Below, piece by piece: positions 5,946 to 15,606 of a DNA stretch of 31,797 nucleotides (within the stretch, counting starts at the first letter, position 1; the number at the start of each line of letters is the position of its first letter). The stretch covers positions 1 through 31,797 of IMG/VR virus record IMGVR_UViG_3300045988_073059. One strand, written 5' to 3'. The notes beneath the pieces are model-generated. The model did no database searches and had not been told where the DNA came from. It worked only from the letters and a program-made list of their open reading frames with translations. Made by a program: the position numbers and the translations under genes. This DNA comes from a virus.

Positions 5946-7010
5946 TTAATGCAGTGAAGTCAATCGACCGGCTTCATCGGTATCAACTTGCACCGTGCTG
6001 TCAGCCTGGACAGAGCCATCAGCGTTGACTGCGTAAGCATGGTTATTGTGAACGTGAACTCCAGCGGGAAGCAGGTTGCCATTCTCAGAAGCAAGATACT
6101 TCTTTCCTTCCGCGTCAAAGATACCCGTTGCCATGCGACCATCATTGGCAAAGTAGTAGTCACAGCTTCCGATATGCTGCATTCCTGTCAGCATGGCGCA
6201 CTCTTGTGGTCCTTCATCCGGGCAAAGGTAGAACCAATCTGCGCCATCAAAGTACCATCCCGTGACTGCGTAACCTCGAGCATCGAAGTAGTACCAGGAA
6301 CCATTGATGAACGCCCACTGACTGTAGTAATACGTGCTAGGGCTGGTTGCATACCACCAGCCTGTGGAGTTCTTGACCCAGTGTGGCTCAAAGTTAGACT
6401 CACCCTGTGAGAGCTGCTCCCACTCTGCGTAAGTGAGCTTAGCCACATCCAGGTCAACAGTACCGCCAGCACTAGAGTATTGCCAAATGGTCCAATCGCT
6501 CCACGCACCAGTGTTATAGATCATGGCAGGCAAGTCCCACGAGAAGCGATTGTCTGGGTATCCTGCAATCCATAAGCGAGATACATCAGCGCAAGACGCT
6601 ACCTGTGAGCGTCCAGCGGGGTAAGTGTACACAACCGGGTAGATGCCAGTCTTAGCATAGACGCGGTCAACAAACTGCCTTGCCCAGACGGTTGAGCCCC
6701 ATGCATCGTTGTCACCGTTCTCCCAGTCTAAGCACAGTAAAGCCTTACCAATGTAGGCAGAGACGCAAGCCACGAATGCGTCAGCTTCTGCTACGGGTGA
6801 GCCTCCTTCCGCATAATGGTACACACCAATAAGCTTACCGTCAGCGAGAGCGCGCTGAAGCTGTGCAGTCATGTAACGGTTCATTGGCTGTGTGCCTTGA
6901 GTTGCCTTAGCAATGACGAAGTCAGAACCACTGTATGCAGTCTCAACATTAGGATGCGAGTATGTTGCACCCAATGCCTGATAACCGCTAACGTCAATGC
7001 CCCTAAGCAT
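5946..7010 (-). CDS. Endolysin: GH25 muramidase plus CW_binding_1-type (choline-binding-like) cell-wall-binding repeats
   Basis: GH25 motifs are GIDVSGYQ, DFVIAKATQG, GVYHYA and LDWE. The C-terminus carries aromatic repeats such as GWWYATS..YYYS, NGSWYYFDARGYAVTGWYFDGADWFYL and CDYYFANDGRMATG. Confidence 0.9.
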   Translation of the reverse strand: MLRGIDVSGYQALGATYSHPNVETAYSGSDFVIAKATQGTQPMNRYMTAQLQRALADGKLIGVYHYAEGGSPVAEADAFVACVSAYIGKALLCLDWENGDNDAWGSTVWARQFVDRVYAKTGIYPVVYTYPAGRSQVASCADVSRLWIAGYPDNRFSWDLPAMIYNTGAWSDWTIWQYSSAGGTVDLDVAKLTYAEWEQLSQGESNFEPHWVKNSTGWWYATSPSTYYYSQWAFINGSWYYFDARGYAVTGWYFDGADWFYLCPDEGPQECAMLTGMQHIGSCDYYFANDGRMATGIFDAEGKKYLASENGNLLPAGVHVHNNHAYAVNADGSVQADSTVQVDTDEAGRLTSLH

Positions 7011-7368
7011 TATCTACCTCTTCCTTTGTTGGCTCTTCTTTTGGTTGTGTATTAGTTGGCTCAGTGTTGCCTGTCATGTAACTTGCAGGACGCTCAGAAG
7101 GCTGTACATAGGTCATTGCACGGGCAGAGTCGCTTAGTCCCTTAGTTGTTGGGTCAACCGTGACACCGATAGCACCAAGCACCGCCACGATCACTGTGCC
7201 AATCAAGTATGGATTGTTAATAAACTTCACAAATACATCAGCAAGGCTGCCCCATGTAGTCAAATCGGAATAAGCAAGTCCGAGATATGCCAGGACAGGG
7301 CTCATGACGATTCCAGCCATTCCAAGCCACCAAGCGGGGTTATGCAAGCGTACCTTCCAATTAATCAT
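7003..7368 (-). CDS. Holin (phi LC3 family-like)
   Basis: The N-terminus MINWKVRLHNPAWW and the signature GVTVDPTTKGLSDSARAMTY are characteristic. There are two hydrophobic helices. It overlaps the lysin start by 8 nt. Confidence 0.85.
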   Translation of the reverse strand: MINWKVRLHNPAWWLGMAGIVMSPVLAYLGLAYSDLTTWGSLADVFVKFINNPYLIGTVIVAVLGAIGVTVDPTTKGLSDSARAMTYVQPSERPASYMTGNTEPTNTQPKEEPTKEEVDNA

Positions 7369-7380
7369 GTCGATTCTCCT

Positions 7381-7758
7381 TTACTTCTCAAGCTTAGTAA
7401 TGCGTGAGTCTAGGTTTTTTACGTCCGTTTTGACCTCGGCGAGGTCTGTTGCTGCTTTTTTTGATACTTCATCCGCCCTTCGTGCGACAATTCCAACCAC
7501 AGAAAGCTCTGCCGTGTGCTGCGTGAGCGTTGCAGTCAAGTCGGAGAGAGACTGTTGATACTTGCCAAGCTGCTCATTCATGACTTGCTGTCGCGTCTCT
7601 AAGCGTGTGAGGGTGTTTGTGATGGTGCTCTTCCATGCGTCTTCTTTTTCCTTATCTTCTCGACTAGCACGCTGCCAGTTCGAGATAGCAACAAGACCGC
7701 CCAAAAATGCACCAACAATAGAGATGAAGAAGGAAACCATTTCAGCTGTAATGTTCAT
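7381..7758 (-). CDS. Membrane-anchored coiled-coil protein (XhlA-like, lysis-associated)
   Basis: I moved the start to ATG 7758, which follows AAGGGGTGAGG (track start is 7809). The single N-terminal TM segment is VSFFISIVGAFLGGLVAI, followed by a long coiled coil. Confidence 0.6.
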   Translation of the reverse strand: MNITAEMVSFFISIVGAFLGGLVAISNWQRASREDKEKEDAWKSTITNTLTRLETRQQVMNEQLGKYQQSLSDLTATLTQHTAELSVVGIVARRADEVSKKAATDLAEVKTDVKNLDSRITKLEK

Positions 7759-7769
7759 GACCTCACCCC

Positions 7770-8648
7770 TTAATGCCTTACCGTAAATGTGAGAGATCCA
7801 TAACGCCATGCGTTAGATACTTTCCCGCCTTGGTCTTGAAGGTAAATGTTGCCGTCAGGTCTCGCTGAGATAGCAGTAATAACGTCAGCGTGTCCAGGGC
7901 AAATACCTGAGTCATAGACGATTGACTCATTGCCGTCTGTGGCTGAGCCGTACTTCTCGTGATCTACAAGAGGAGGTCTTGAGTTTTCTGGAAGCGTAAA
8001 TGGGCAACGGACAGCGTCGTAAGAAACATTGTTAGCCAACCAACCTCGAACCTTGATAGTTACAGAATCGCCTGTGCGGTAAATGTGCCAGAAGTTGTTG
8101 TAGCTGCCTTGTGGTTGCAGGTAGATTACGTCAAAGTCAGTGTCAGACTGCTTCTTGTCGTCTCCAAGAACGTTGATAGTAGGCAACAGAGATACGGGCT
8201 CACCAACAGTAATGCCGTTGATTGGTAGACGGTAGAGGGGCATGCAAGCTGTAGTAGAACCGGAGAGAATGTCACCCTTTACGTAGGTTGGGTCTACCGG
8301 ATTACCTTGATTGGTTGGAGTGCCCTGGATAACCTCACAGGTGAACTTCTCAACACCGCCAACTTGCTTAGAGTACTTCAACACTACCAAATCATTGCGC
8401 TTGTAACCTGCACGACCATTAGCAACATTAAGCTCAAAAGGCTCCTCATTAGTCACCATGCGAGCGTCAAAGAGTACGTCACCAGTATCAATACGAACCC
8501 TGTTGGCAGTCTGCATGGCAGCCTTGATTTGATTCTGAGTCTGCAAGATGCCACGAACAGAGCCGGCTACACCAGCAATAAGTCTGCCAATCTGAGGTGC
8601 TGTAATGTGGTCCTTGCCCTGAAATGAAATAACACCATCAAAAGCCAT
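7770..8648 (-). CDS. Putative distal tail / receptor-binding protein
   Basis: It is a 292-aa ORF between the tail-fibre gene and the lysis cassette. It looks beta-rich and carries no enzymatic motif. The call rests on position. Confidence 0.5.
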   Translation of the reverse strand: MAFDGVISFQGKDHITAPQIGRLIAGVAGSVRGILQTQNQIKAAMQTANRVRIDTGDVLFDARMVTNEEPFELNVANGRAGYKRNDLVVLKYSKQVGGVEKFTCEVIQGTPTNQGNPVDPTYVKGDILSGSTTACMPLYRLPINGITVGEPVSLLPTINVLGDDKKQSDTDFDVIYLQPQGSYNNFWHIYRTGDSVTIKVRGWLANNVSYDAVRCPFTLPENSRPPLVDHEKYGSATDGNESIVYDSGICPGHADVITAISARPDGNIYLQDQGGKVSNAWRYGSLTFTVRH

Positions 8649-8876
8649 TTAACCCTCCTTTACCATGAATTGAGCGAACTCTTCATCACGCTTACGTGCG
8701 AGTTCACGATACTTTGCAGCACAGTCAGGGCAGAGAAGATAACTCTGCTGCACGCCGTCTGCTGATACTCTGCTTATGCTTTTCCATTGCGAGGTAGCAA
8801 AGTCACTTTCAAGTAGAAAGGCTTCTTTCTTGCATCTATCGCATTGGAAGCGTGCAAAGCCACTTGTTTTTGCCAT
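8649..8876 (-). CDS. Small Zn-ribbon protein (CxxC...CxxC) inside the tail module
   Basis: CDRC and CPDC lie about 40 aa apart, followed by a basic/acidic helical tail. The gene abuts both neighbours with no gap. Confidence 0.55.
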   Translation of the reverse strand: MAKTSGFARFQCDRCKKEAFLLESDFATSQWKSISRVSADGVQQSYLLCPDCAAKYRELARKRDEEFAQFMVKEG

Positions 8877-10637
8877 TTAAGCTGTCCTTTCCCATTTGAA
8901 GCAGCCAAGAGAAGGTAGTTGTTGCCATCTACCTCCGTAGTTTGTTGCAGGGTTAACAAATGAAGTTGTTTCAATGACAGAGCCGATGGGGAAAGATGGT
9001 GTGGTCGCACCGCCTTGAGTTGCTCCCTGGACGTTGATAGTCACGTCACTAGACCCGTCAAATGAAGCTGTGCCACTTACAGAGCCAACCAGCTTGATAG
9101 TGCGTGGCTGTGAGAGCTTCTTAGCAGCGTTAGCGTCACCGCCCGGGGTAGATGCGCCAGCGTATGGATGTGTGTGGCTCGCAGGAGCTGCACCAACTTC
9201 TTGTGCTGTATATGTTGGCTTTGCAGGGAGCTTTACTGTGTGCGCCTGAGCGTCTGTAACGTGTCCTAAAGCGTCTACATTGACCGTTGCGCCTAATTGC
9301 ACCGTATCACCCCAAGAAGCGTCTATATCGCTCTCAGAGCCGTATGTGCCAGCGGTCACACTAGAAGGCTCATGCGTAAGTGCGACAGTTCCTCCTGTGC
9401 GCTGAGCCTTGATGGGTGTTGTTGCTGTGACTTCTGCAACCTTAGAGTCAACCTGCAGCGTAGCTCTGCCAATCTCACTGGCTGAATCTGTTGCCACTTT
9501 GCGTGCTTCATTGACCTTGTTCTCAAGGCTCTTGAAGTCTGCTCTTGATACTTCTGCAGAGATGGTGCGTCCAGCAATAGAGATACCAGTACCGGCTGTG
9601 TATGAGCTTGATACTGCGCCTGAGCCTGTGGAAGAACCGCGCTCAGCGGTACCAGATGAAGAAGTGTTACTGGCTGTACCACCTACCTTGTAGCTGATAC
9701 TTACCTCAGTATCTGTAACGATAATGACCTTGGTACCGACCGTCGCAGTAACATGCAAGCCAGTCACAGGATCTATGCCAGGAACAATGTCACCAATGCC
9801 AAATTCTTCATCGTCATCCAGTGTGACGTTAATTGAGTCAGCAGCTTGATACTCTTTGAGTTTCTTAGGACCGTCTTTCTCGAGCTCTTCACGACTTGCA
9901 TTGGTGTAGTTGTAGGTTGTCGTGCGTTCATCAATGCCAAAGAGCGTCTGTGTAGTGGAGATGTTGCCACGCGCGTCTGCGTAGAAGTGCAGCACAATAC
10001 GGTTTTTAAGCTCACCAGAGCCAAGGCAAATAAGATGGTTGTAAGGTCTTACAACTCTCTTAATAGTTACGTCAGAATGTTCTGCGTCTGCACCATCAGT
10101 CCAGTCTGTAATTGGCTTTACCGAGAGCACAATCATGCGCTCAATGGAGTCATACTCGATGTTGAGACGCGATGAAGAATCAGCAAGCATCTTTCTGATG
10201 CCCGTCCAGGCATCACAATACCTGTCAAAGGTGTACTTGACAGTAATGCCAGAGGTCTCTTCTGAGACTTTGAACTGGTTAGCAAGTCCAAGACGCTGAA
10301 TAAGCTGCTTTAGAACTCCGTGAGCTTCTCCACGCACACTGAGATAGTCTTCTCCACTTAGTGGCTCAAGGACCTTATCTCTGATGATTCCTTGCCATGA
10401 TCTACCAGTATACGTGATTGTGTTGTTGCCTGAGTTAGACTCTCGTGCGTCAACCACACCGCCCCACTCAGTGCCTTCAACATAGACGTATGCGCCATCA
10501 TCAAGACGCTGCTCAGAGTCAATGTCGAGCGTGAGCTCAAAGTCGTTACCTGTGTCTCCATATTCGAGGTCAAGGCGTGCTCCTCTGAGCACGCCAATAT
10601 CGAGATGTGTTGCGTCTGTGTAGCTAATATCTGGCAT
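8877..10637 (-). CDS. Tail-associated / baseplate hub protein with a C-terminal fibre (Sipho_Gp37-like N-terminus)
   Basis: It is 586 aa and lies directly after Dit. The N-terminus is DIGVLRGARLDLEYGDTGNDFELTL..VYVEGTEWGGVV. There is a central Ser/Thr/Gly-rich stretch and a coiled coil. The C-terminal fibre-like segment contains HTHPYAGA. Confidence 0.7.
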   Translation of the reverse strand: MPDISYTDATHLDIGVLRGARLDLEYGDTGNDFELTLDIDSEQRLDDGAYVYVEGTEWGGVVDARESNSGNNTITYTGRSWQGIIRDKVLEPLSGEDYLSVRGEAHGVLKQLIQRLGLANQFKVSEETSGITVKYTFDRYCDAWTGIRKMLADSSSRLNIEYDSIERMIVLSVKPITDWTDGADAEHSDVTIKRVVRPYNHLICLGSGELKNRIVLHFYADARGNISTTQTLFGIDERTTTYNYTNASREELEKDGPKKLKEYQAADSINVTLDDDEEFGIGDIVPGIDPVTGLHVTATVGTKVIIVTDTEVSISYKVGGTASNTSSSGTAERGSSTGSGAVSSSYTAGTGISIAGRTISAEVSRADFKSLENKVNEARKVATDSASEIGRATLQVDSKVAEVTATTPIKAQRTGGTVALTHEPSSVTAGTYGSESDIDASWGDTVQLGATVNVDALGHVTDAQAHTVKLPAKPTYTAQEVGAAPASHTHPYAGASTPGGDANAAKKLSQPRTIKLVGSVSGTASFDGSSDVTINVQGATQGGATTPSFPIGSVIETTSFVNPATNYGGRWQQLPSLGCFKWERTA

Positions 10638-11578
10638 TATGCACTCACCTCACTAGGTACGCTCTGAGTGCTTGCTGCCCTTGGTGTACGAGTCTCACCC
10701 TGTGGCTGCTCCTTCTCATATGGAGGTGTAGAGCGTGTCTCATAGAGCGTGAGGTCAAAGTCAAAGGTGTTATCCCATGTAATGTCATCAGTTCCTGGCT
10801 TAATTGGCTCGAAGAGGTAAGAGCCAGAGCCGTGAGCTCCGCGCTCTCTGAACTTATAAACGTTCTCACGGGTACCGTTATCCTGGACTACAACAGCGGT
10901 CTTACTCTGTGAATCAACCTCAAGATATGCACCAGCTGCAATGGTTGTATTGACCTTGTGCAGGTTCTCACCAATTCTGACGTAAGGGTTAGTTGCAGGA
11001 CCATAGACACGCCAAAGCCAAGGAGAAGCACTCTTAGAGGGATTAGTGAATGACTTAGCTGGCTTACCCTGAACAAGGTCAAAGGGGAAGTCTCTTGGGA
11101 AGTCAGGCTTAACACCAGCAATAGCACCGGCGGTCTCATGCTCAAAGTAAAGGGTAGTTGCCTTAAACCATGTAGGGTCTTCGACAAGAAGCGTCAGAAC
11201 AAACTCTGCGAACTTATCAGAAAGCCAGTAGTTGGTAGGAGCTCCGCCAATAATGTAGCAACGGATACCCCAAGAGCCTACTGTGAGCGTTCCTGTGGTG
11301 CGGTTTAAGATGTCCTTTTCGCCAAGCTCAATAATCTTATTGCGGAGCTCTAAGCCTTCTTCATCACTTTCAGCAGCAATTCCAACAGGGAACTTGATTG
11401 TCTTTGGCTTGTGGTCACGCCGTCTAAATGACGTAATTCTGCTGGAGTTCTTGCCTGATGTGTATGACCACATCCAGTCTCTGAGCTCGTGTTCCATGTA
11501 ATGGAGGGACTTGTCAGCCCCTCCAAACTCCACGTACTTGCTTCCGTCAGAGGTTGTGTATCTAATGTCTGTGCGCAT
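10637..11578 (-). CDS. Distal tail protein (Dit, Sipho_tail-like)
   Basis: It is 313 aa and lies immediately downstream of the tape measure gene with overlapping stop/start. This is the canonical position and size. Confidence 0.7.
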   Translation of the reverse strand: MRTDIRYTTSDGSKYVEFGGADKSLHYMEHELRDWMWSYTSGKNSSRITSFRRRDHKPKTIKFPVGIAAESDEEGLELRNKIIELGEKDILNRTTGTLTVGSWGIRCYIIGGAPTNYWLSDKFAEFVLTLLVEDPTWFKATTLYFEHETAGAIAGVKPDFPRDFPFDLVQGKPAKSFTNPSKSASPWLWRVYGPATNPYVRIGENLHKVNTTIAAGAYLEVDSQSKTAVVVQDNGTRENVYKFRERGAHGSGSYLFEPIKPGTDDITWDNTFDFDLTLYETRSTPPYEKEQPQGETRTPRAASTQSVPSEVSA

Positions 11579-14496
11579 TATGCGCTCACCTCTCTTACCA
11601 TGCGACCAAATTCACGGTTGTTCACGTCAACTCTTACGGGCTTTCCGTATGCGTCCTCAATGCGCTTAGTCATGACATCCATCTGTGCTGAGAGATCTGC
11701 AATGGCTTGGTTGGTATCTGCATAGATGCCATTGGCTACAAGAGACGCTGTCATATCCATTTGTTTGTTAATAGGAACATTGAGCGCATAGCCATCTACG
11801 CCACTCTGAGCAGCTTCTGCGAGGTCCTGTGCTGCCTTGTAAACGTCTCGCTTACCGCCTGCAATACCAACAACAAAGCCGTCTACCGTGTAGCTACCAA
11901 GACCAGCCATGACACGCGAAGGCGAGTGAATGCCAAGAAGTGCCTTAACTGCACCAACAACGCCGTTAAAGACTCCACAGACTTGGTCTACTACCCAACC
12001 AGCAAGACCAGAAACGCCATTTACAAAGCCTTGAATGAACGCTCGTCCTGCGCTACCAAGGTCAAAACTTGTGATGGCGTTCTTTGCTTGATTGAGCAGG
12101 TTTCCGACTGCCCCAAGCAAGCTGCCAATAATTTGTGGAACAGCTGCGACAATGGCTGTAAAGAGCGTTACCGCTGCACCAAGGAGCATTCCAATAAACG
12201 TTGGAAGGTTGGAGACAACGGTGCCAATGAGATTGCCAACGTTGCCAATGAGTCCTGGAAGAATTACAGGGATAGCGTTCACGATTGCCACAAATAGGTC
12301 CACTGCAGCTGAGAGAAGCGTCCCAACAAAGCCAGGAAGACCTGTGATAAATACATCAATAATTTGTGGCAGTGCTGCTGCTAGCGTTGGAATAATTGCT
12401 ACAACGCCATCAACGAGAGCCATAAACAGCCCTTGCGCTGCTGCAAAGAGTGCTGGAGCATTCGCAACAAAGCCATCAACAAGACCTTGCAGGATCTGTG
12501 GAGCTGCTTCTGCAAGCTGTCCTGCAACCTCAGTGAGTGCTTGTAGGATAAAGGTGAACGCTTGCATTGCTCCTGCCATAAGAGAAGGCGCAGAAGCCAC
12601 GAGAATGTCACAGATTGCACCAGCTGCAGCTCCAACTGCTTCAAGTAGTCCAGGAGCAATCTGCTGCCATGCTGCGCCCATCTGACCAAAGAGAACCTCA
12701 AAGGCGTGTGCCAGCGTAGGACCTGCAGAAGCAAGACCAGAAGCCACCTGTGGAAGTACCGAGCTGATTTGAGAAGCAAGTCCAGGAATAGCGTCAGCGA
12801 TACCAACGATATTGCTTGCAATGTTTGCTGCTGCCTGTGTGATGTCTCCGCCCATAGCAACAAAGGCTGTACCGGCTACCGCTGCAGCGATTGAGAGCAC
12901 ACCAAGCACCACAGTTGCGCTACCAAAGCCAGAAGCGAGATTTGCAACCATGCCCATAGCTGGCTGCACCGCCCCTAAAAGCTTAGGACCTAAGCCCGTG
13001 AGTGCAGGTCCTAAAACGCCCGCAATGGCACTACCAACGCCACCAAGCTTGGCAGCAATCGGAGCAGCAAAGGCAGAGATTGCGCTTCCAGCCTTAGAGA
13101 GAGCAGAAGTGACAGGGCTCATGAATTGAGCCACATTACCGCCAACAGTTGCCAGTACGCTCTGCGCGTTTCTCGCAATGGATGTGAGATGCAGCGTTGC
13201 AGTTGCTGCCATACTCTTAAATGTAGTCTGTGCAGCAGAAACAATGGATACAAGCTTGTTCTTAATGGGGTTGTTGAGACCGCTGAAAGCCTTTATAAGC
13301 TTGTCTCTGAACTCCCAAGCGTAAAGAATTGCTGTCTCCAGCTTGTCCTGGACTGTTGCAGCGATTGCGCCAAAGAAAGACTTAAAGCCTGTGCTTAGAC
13401 CTGCAACGGTAGAGAGCGTGCCAGGGACCATACCCTTGATGACTGCTAGACCCTCTGCAACAGTGTTAGAAGCCTTCGAGAACGCTCCAAGCATCTTGCC
13501 AGCGGTTTCCATTGACTTACCAATGACAAGAAGCGCAGGACCAGTGCCAGCAAGCATGCCAATAGACTTTGCAATAGTCTGAATGTCTGAAGCTGACATC
13601 TGATTGATTGCGTTAGCTGCGTTTGTTGCCATGCCAGCGAGGGCTTCCATGCCACGCTCAAAGAGTGGCATAAGCGACTCAACAAGCTTCTGAATAGGGT
13701 CTGCAAGCTTGGAGAGCGCGTCTGTCATCTTCTTGTAGCTATCAGTCTGGTACATCTTCATGATGGTTGCGGTTGCTGCGTCAGAGAGATTTGAGAGCAC
13801 GCCAGTAAGTGTCCTGGACTGCTTAATCATGAGCCCGCCAAAGTCACCCTGCATACCAGCTCTAATTGCTGCGATTGCTACATCAGCACTAACTGCCTTC
13901 TTGGTGACCATCTCCATTGCGCCAGCAACGTCTGTATGCAGTGCTTTTGCGAGGTAGTCCCATGCAGGAATACCGACCTCGGTAAGCTGCATCATCTCCT
14001 GCGAAGCTGCAACGCCTTTACCGTGCATCTGACCTAAAGCACGGGTAATAGCGTCAATGCCTTGCTGACCAGCACCGAGGGCTGCGGTAGCATTGCCAAC
14101 GTCTGTAAGCATGGGGATGACATCATTGGCTGCAAAGCCATAAGCGAGCATCTGCTGAGTTGCCTTATTAAGACCTGCCATCTCAAATGGCGTAGTCTTT
14201 GCGAACTCGACTAGATCAGCAATCATCTTCTTGGCACGCTCAGGACCAAGCATGGTATTAAATGCAATGTCTACTTGCTCAGCATTTGCTGCTGTCTGAC
14301 TTGCCCACCGAGCAGCCTTAACACCTGCAATGGCAAGGGGAGCGGTAATTGCAGCGGTAAGCACCGTGCCTGCTTTAGAGAACCCACTGCCAAGGCTTGA
14401 AATTGCCTTAGAAGTCGTGTCAGTTAGCTTGGAAACCTCGCTGGCGAACTTGGAAGAGTCACCTAAAATCTCAATGACTACTTTTCCATCTGCCAA
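11578..14496 (-). CDS. Tape measure protein
   Basis: It is 972 aa and rich in Ala/Gly, with long hydrophobic repeats. The TTG start has a GGAGGT RBS. It sits in the canonical position after the chaperones. Confidence 0.9.
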   Translation of the reverse strand: MADGKVVIEILGDSSKFASEVSKLTDTTSKAISSLGSGFSKAGTVLTAAITAPLAIAGVKAARWASQTAANAEQVDIAFNTMLGPERAKKMIADLVEFAKTTPFEMAGLNKATQQMLAYGFAANDVIPMLTDVGNATAALGAGQQGIDAITRALGQMHGKGVAASQEMMQLTEVGIPAWDYLAKALHTDVAGAMEMVTKKAVSADVAIAAIRAGMQGDFGGLMIKQSRTLTGVLSNLSDAATATIMKMYQTDSYKKMTDALSKLADPIQKLVESLMPLFERGMEALAGMATNAANAINQMSASDIQTIAKSIGMLAGTGPALLVIGKSMETAGKMLGAFSKASNTVAEGLAVIKGMVPGTLSTVAGLSTGFKSFFGAIAATVQDKLETAILYAWEFRDKLIKAFSGLNNPIKNKLVSIVSAAQTTFKSMAATATLHLTSIARNAQSVLATVGGNVAQFMSPVTSALSKAGSAISAFAAPIAAKLGGVGSAIAGVLGPALTGLGPKLLGAVQPAMGMVANLASGFGSATVVLGVLSIAAAVAGTAFVAMGGDITQAAANIASNIVGIADAIPGLASQISSVLPQVASGLASAGPTLAHAFEVLFGQMGAAWQQIAPGLLEAVGAAAGAICDILVASAPSLMAGAMQAFTFILQALTEVAGQLAEAAPQILQGLVDGFVANAPALFAAAQGLFMALVDGVVAIIPTLAAALPQIIDVFITGLPGFVGTLLSAAVDLFVAIVNAIPVILPGLIGNVGNLIGTVVSNLPTFIGMLLGAAVTLFTAIVAAVPQIIGSLLGAVGNLLNQAKNAITSFDLGSAGRAFIQGFVNGVSGLAGWVVDQVCGVFNGVVGAVKALLGIHSPSRVMAGLGSYTVDGFVVGIAGGKRDVYKAAQDLAEAAQSGVDGYALNVPINKQMDMTASLVANGIYADTNQAIADLSAQMDVMTKRIEDAYGKPVRVDVNNREFGRMVREVSA

Positions 14497-14512
14497 ATTG
14501 ACCTCCTAGAAG

Positions 14513-15103
14513 TTAGAAGTTACGGAGTGCCATCTCCCGTAATTCATCTTCTGTTGGAGGTAACGCCCAAGCTTGAGCACGTCTAGCATGAGCACGCTCT
14601 TCTTCCTTTGTAGTGTCTCCTTCAAGTGAGCTTCTTGCAGCCACCGCTTGCCCTGTGAGCGTATCTGGAGTGGCAAGAAGAGCCAGATATAAGTTGATGA
14701 AGGTGTACCAGTGGAGTTGTGTTGCTTTGCTCGTGAGATCTATTGAGTAGACGCGCATGAAGTCAGCAGTCACAATGCCAGCGTCATAGTGCCAGTCAAA
14801 GTTCTTCTTTCTGTAGTACTGGATGCGCTTGTACTGCTCACCGTAAGAGATAGTGTCAAATGCCCCTGCTGCCCATTCAGACGCTGCCTGAAGGGCTTCT
14901 ACTGGGTACTTAGACACTTGGTCTGGAAGTGTGCCTTTTTGAGCGTAGAAAAGGTTTAGTGTCCTCGCATTAGCAACAGCACTATTCTCTGTATCCATTG
15001 TCATGTAGATGAGCGAGGTTCTAAAGCCACTTTTAATGGGTACAGATACTCCCGCCACATCAACTGTGACGGGAGCACCCTTGATAACCGAGTCTAAAAA
15101 CAT
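14513..15103 (-). CDS. Gp15-family-like tail assembly protein (second chaperone ORF)
   Basis: The segment FDWHYDAGIVTADFMRVYSIDL..LHWYTFINLYLAL resembles the bacteriophage Gp15 family. It sits directly upstream of the tape measure gene. Confidence 0.65.
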   Translation of the reverse strand: MFLDSVIKGAPVTVDVAGVSVPIKSGFRTSLIYMTMDTENSAVANARTLNLFYAQKGTLPDQVSKYPVEALQAASEWAAGAFDTISYGEQYKRIQYYRKKNFDWHYDAGIVTADFMRVYSIDLTSKATQLHWYTFINLYLALLATPDTLTGQAVAARSSLEGDTTKEEERAHARRAQAWALPPTEDELREMALRNF

Positions 15104-15106
15104 GAA

Positions 15107-15487
15107 TTACTCATCCATGCTGGAGTTCTCTTGCGTGATAAGCTCAGAGACCTTGGACACAGCGTCACTTGCTGAATAGACCTCCGTCAGAATCGAAATA
15201 ATCTTCATCAAGCGATAGATGTTGAGACGGTTAGCCTTGCCAATAAGCTCCTCTGCAGCTTCCTCACCAAGTGCAAAAGCAACGATATTGTGTGCTTCAT
15301 CTGCAAGGGTTGTGAGGTTGTCCATTACCTCGTCATTTGCGAGTCCAGCAAAAGACGAGAGACGCTGAGCCCAAGAGTTTGCTTCAACAACAAACGTGAT
15401 GTTGCCTAGATCTACGTCGTAGGTCTTACCCTCAATCTTCACCTTTGCCTTTGGTGCGCCATCAAGCTTGTAGTTCTTCAGTGCCAT
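15107..15487 (-). CDS. Tail assembly chaperone (first ORF)
   Basis: It is 126 aa, acidic, and lies between the major tail protein and the tape measure module. Confidence 0.6.
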   Translation of the reverse strand: MALKNYKLDGAPKAKVKIEGKTYDVDLGNITFVVEANSWAQRLSSFAGLANDEVMDNLTTLADEAHNIVAFALGEEAAEELIGKANRLNIYRLMKIISILTEVYSASDAVSKVSELITQENSSMDE

Positions 15488-15544
15488 AAGTGTTCCTCTC
15501 TACGGGTTTACCTTGCAGATATCTTGTATCACGGGTAACGCCAA

Positions 15545-15576
15545 ATAAAAAAGCACCCAGCGTATGCCAGGTGCTT
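15545..15576 (-). terminator. Intra-operon rho-independent terminator after the major tail protein gene
   Basis: The stem is AAGCACC / GGTGCTT (15551..15557 and 15570..15576). On the minus strand TTTTTTATTT follows it. Confidence 0.7.
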
Positions 15577-15606
15577 CCCCAGAGAGGAGAGGAATGGGGA
15601 CTATGT

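Noticed and set aside
8877-10637. Diversity-generating retroelement targeting the tail fibre
   Set aside because: There is no reverse transcriptase anywhere in the window, and I saw no template/variable repeat pair.
11707-13957. Several plus- and minus-strand ORFs of 60 to 197 aa inside the tape measure region
   Set aside because: All are alternative frames of the Ala/Gly-rich tape measure gene. Its biased codons keep the other frames open.
15107-15170. Canonical -1 programmed frameshift site between the tail chaperone ORFs
   Set aside because: No XXXYYYZ heptamer was found near the end of the first ORF, and the second ORF is in the zero frame, not the -1 frame.
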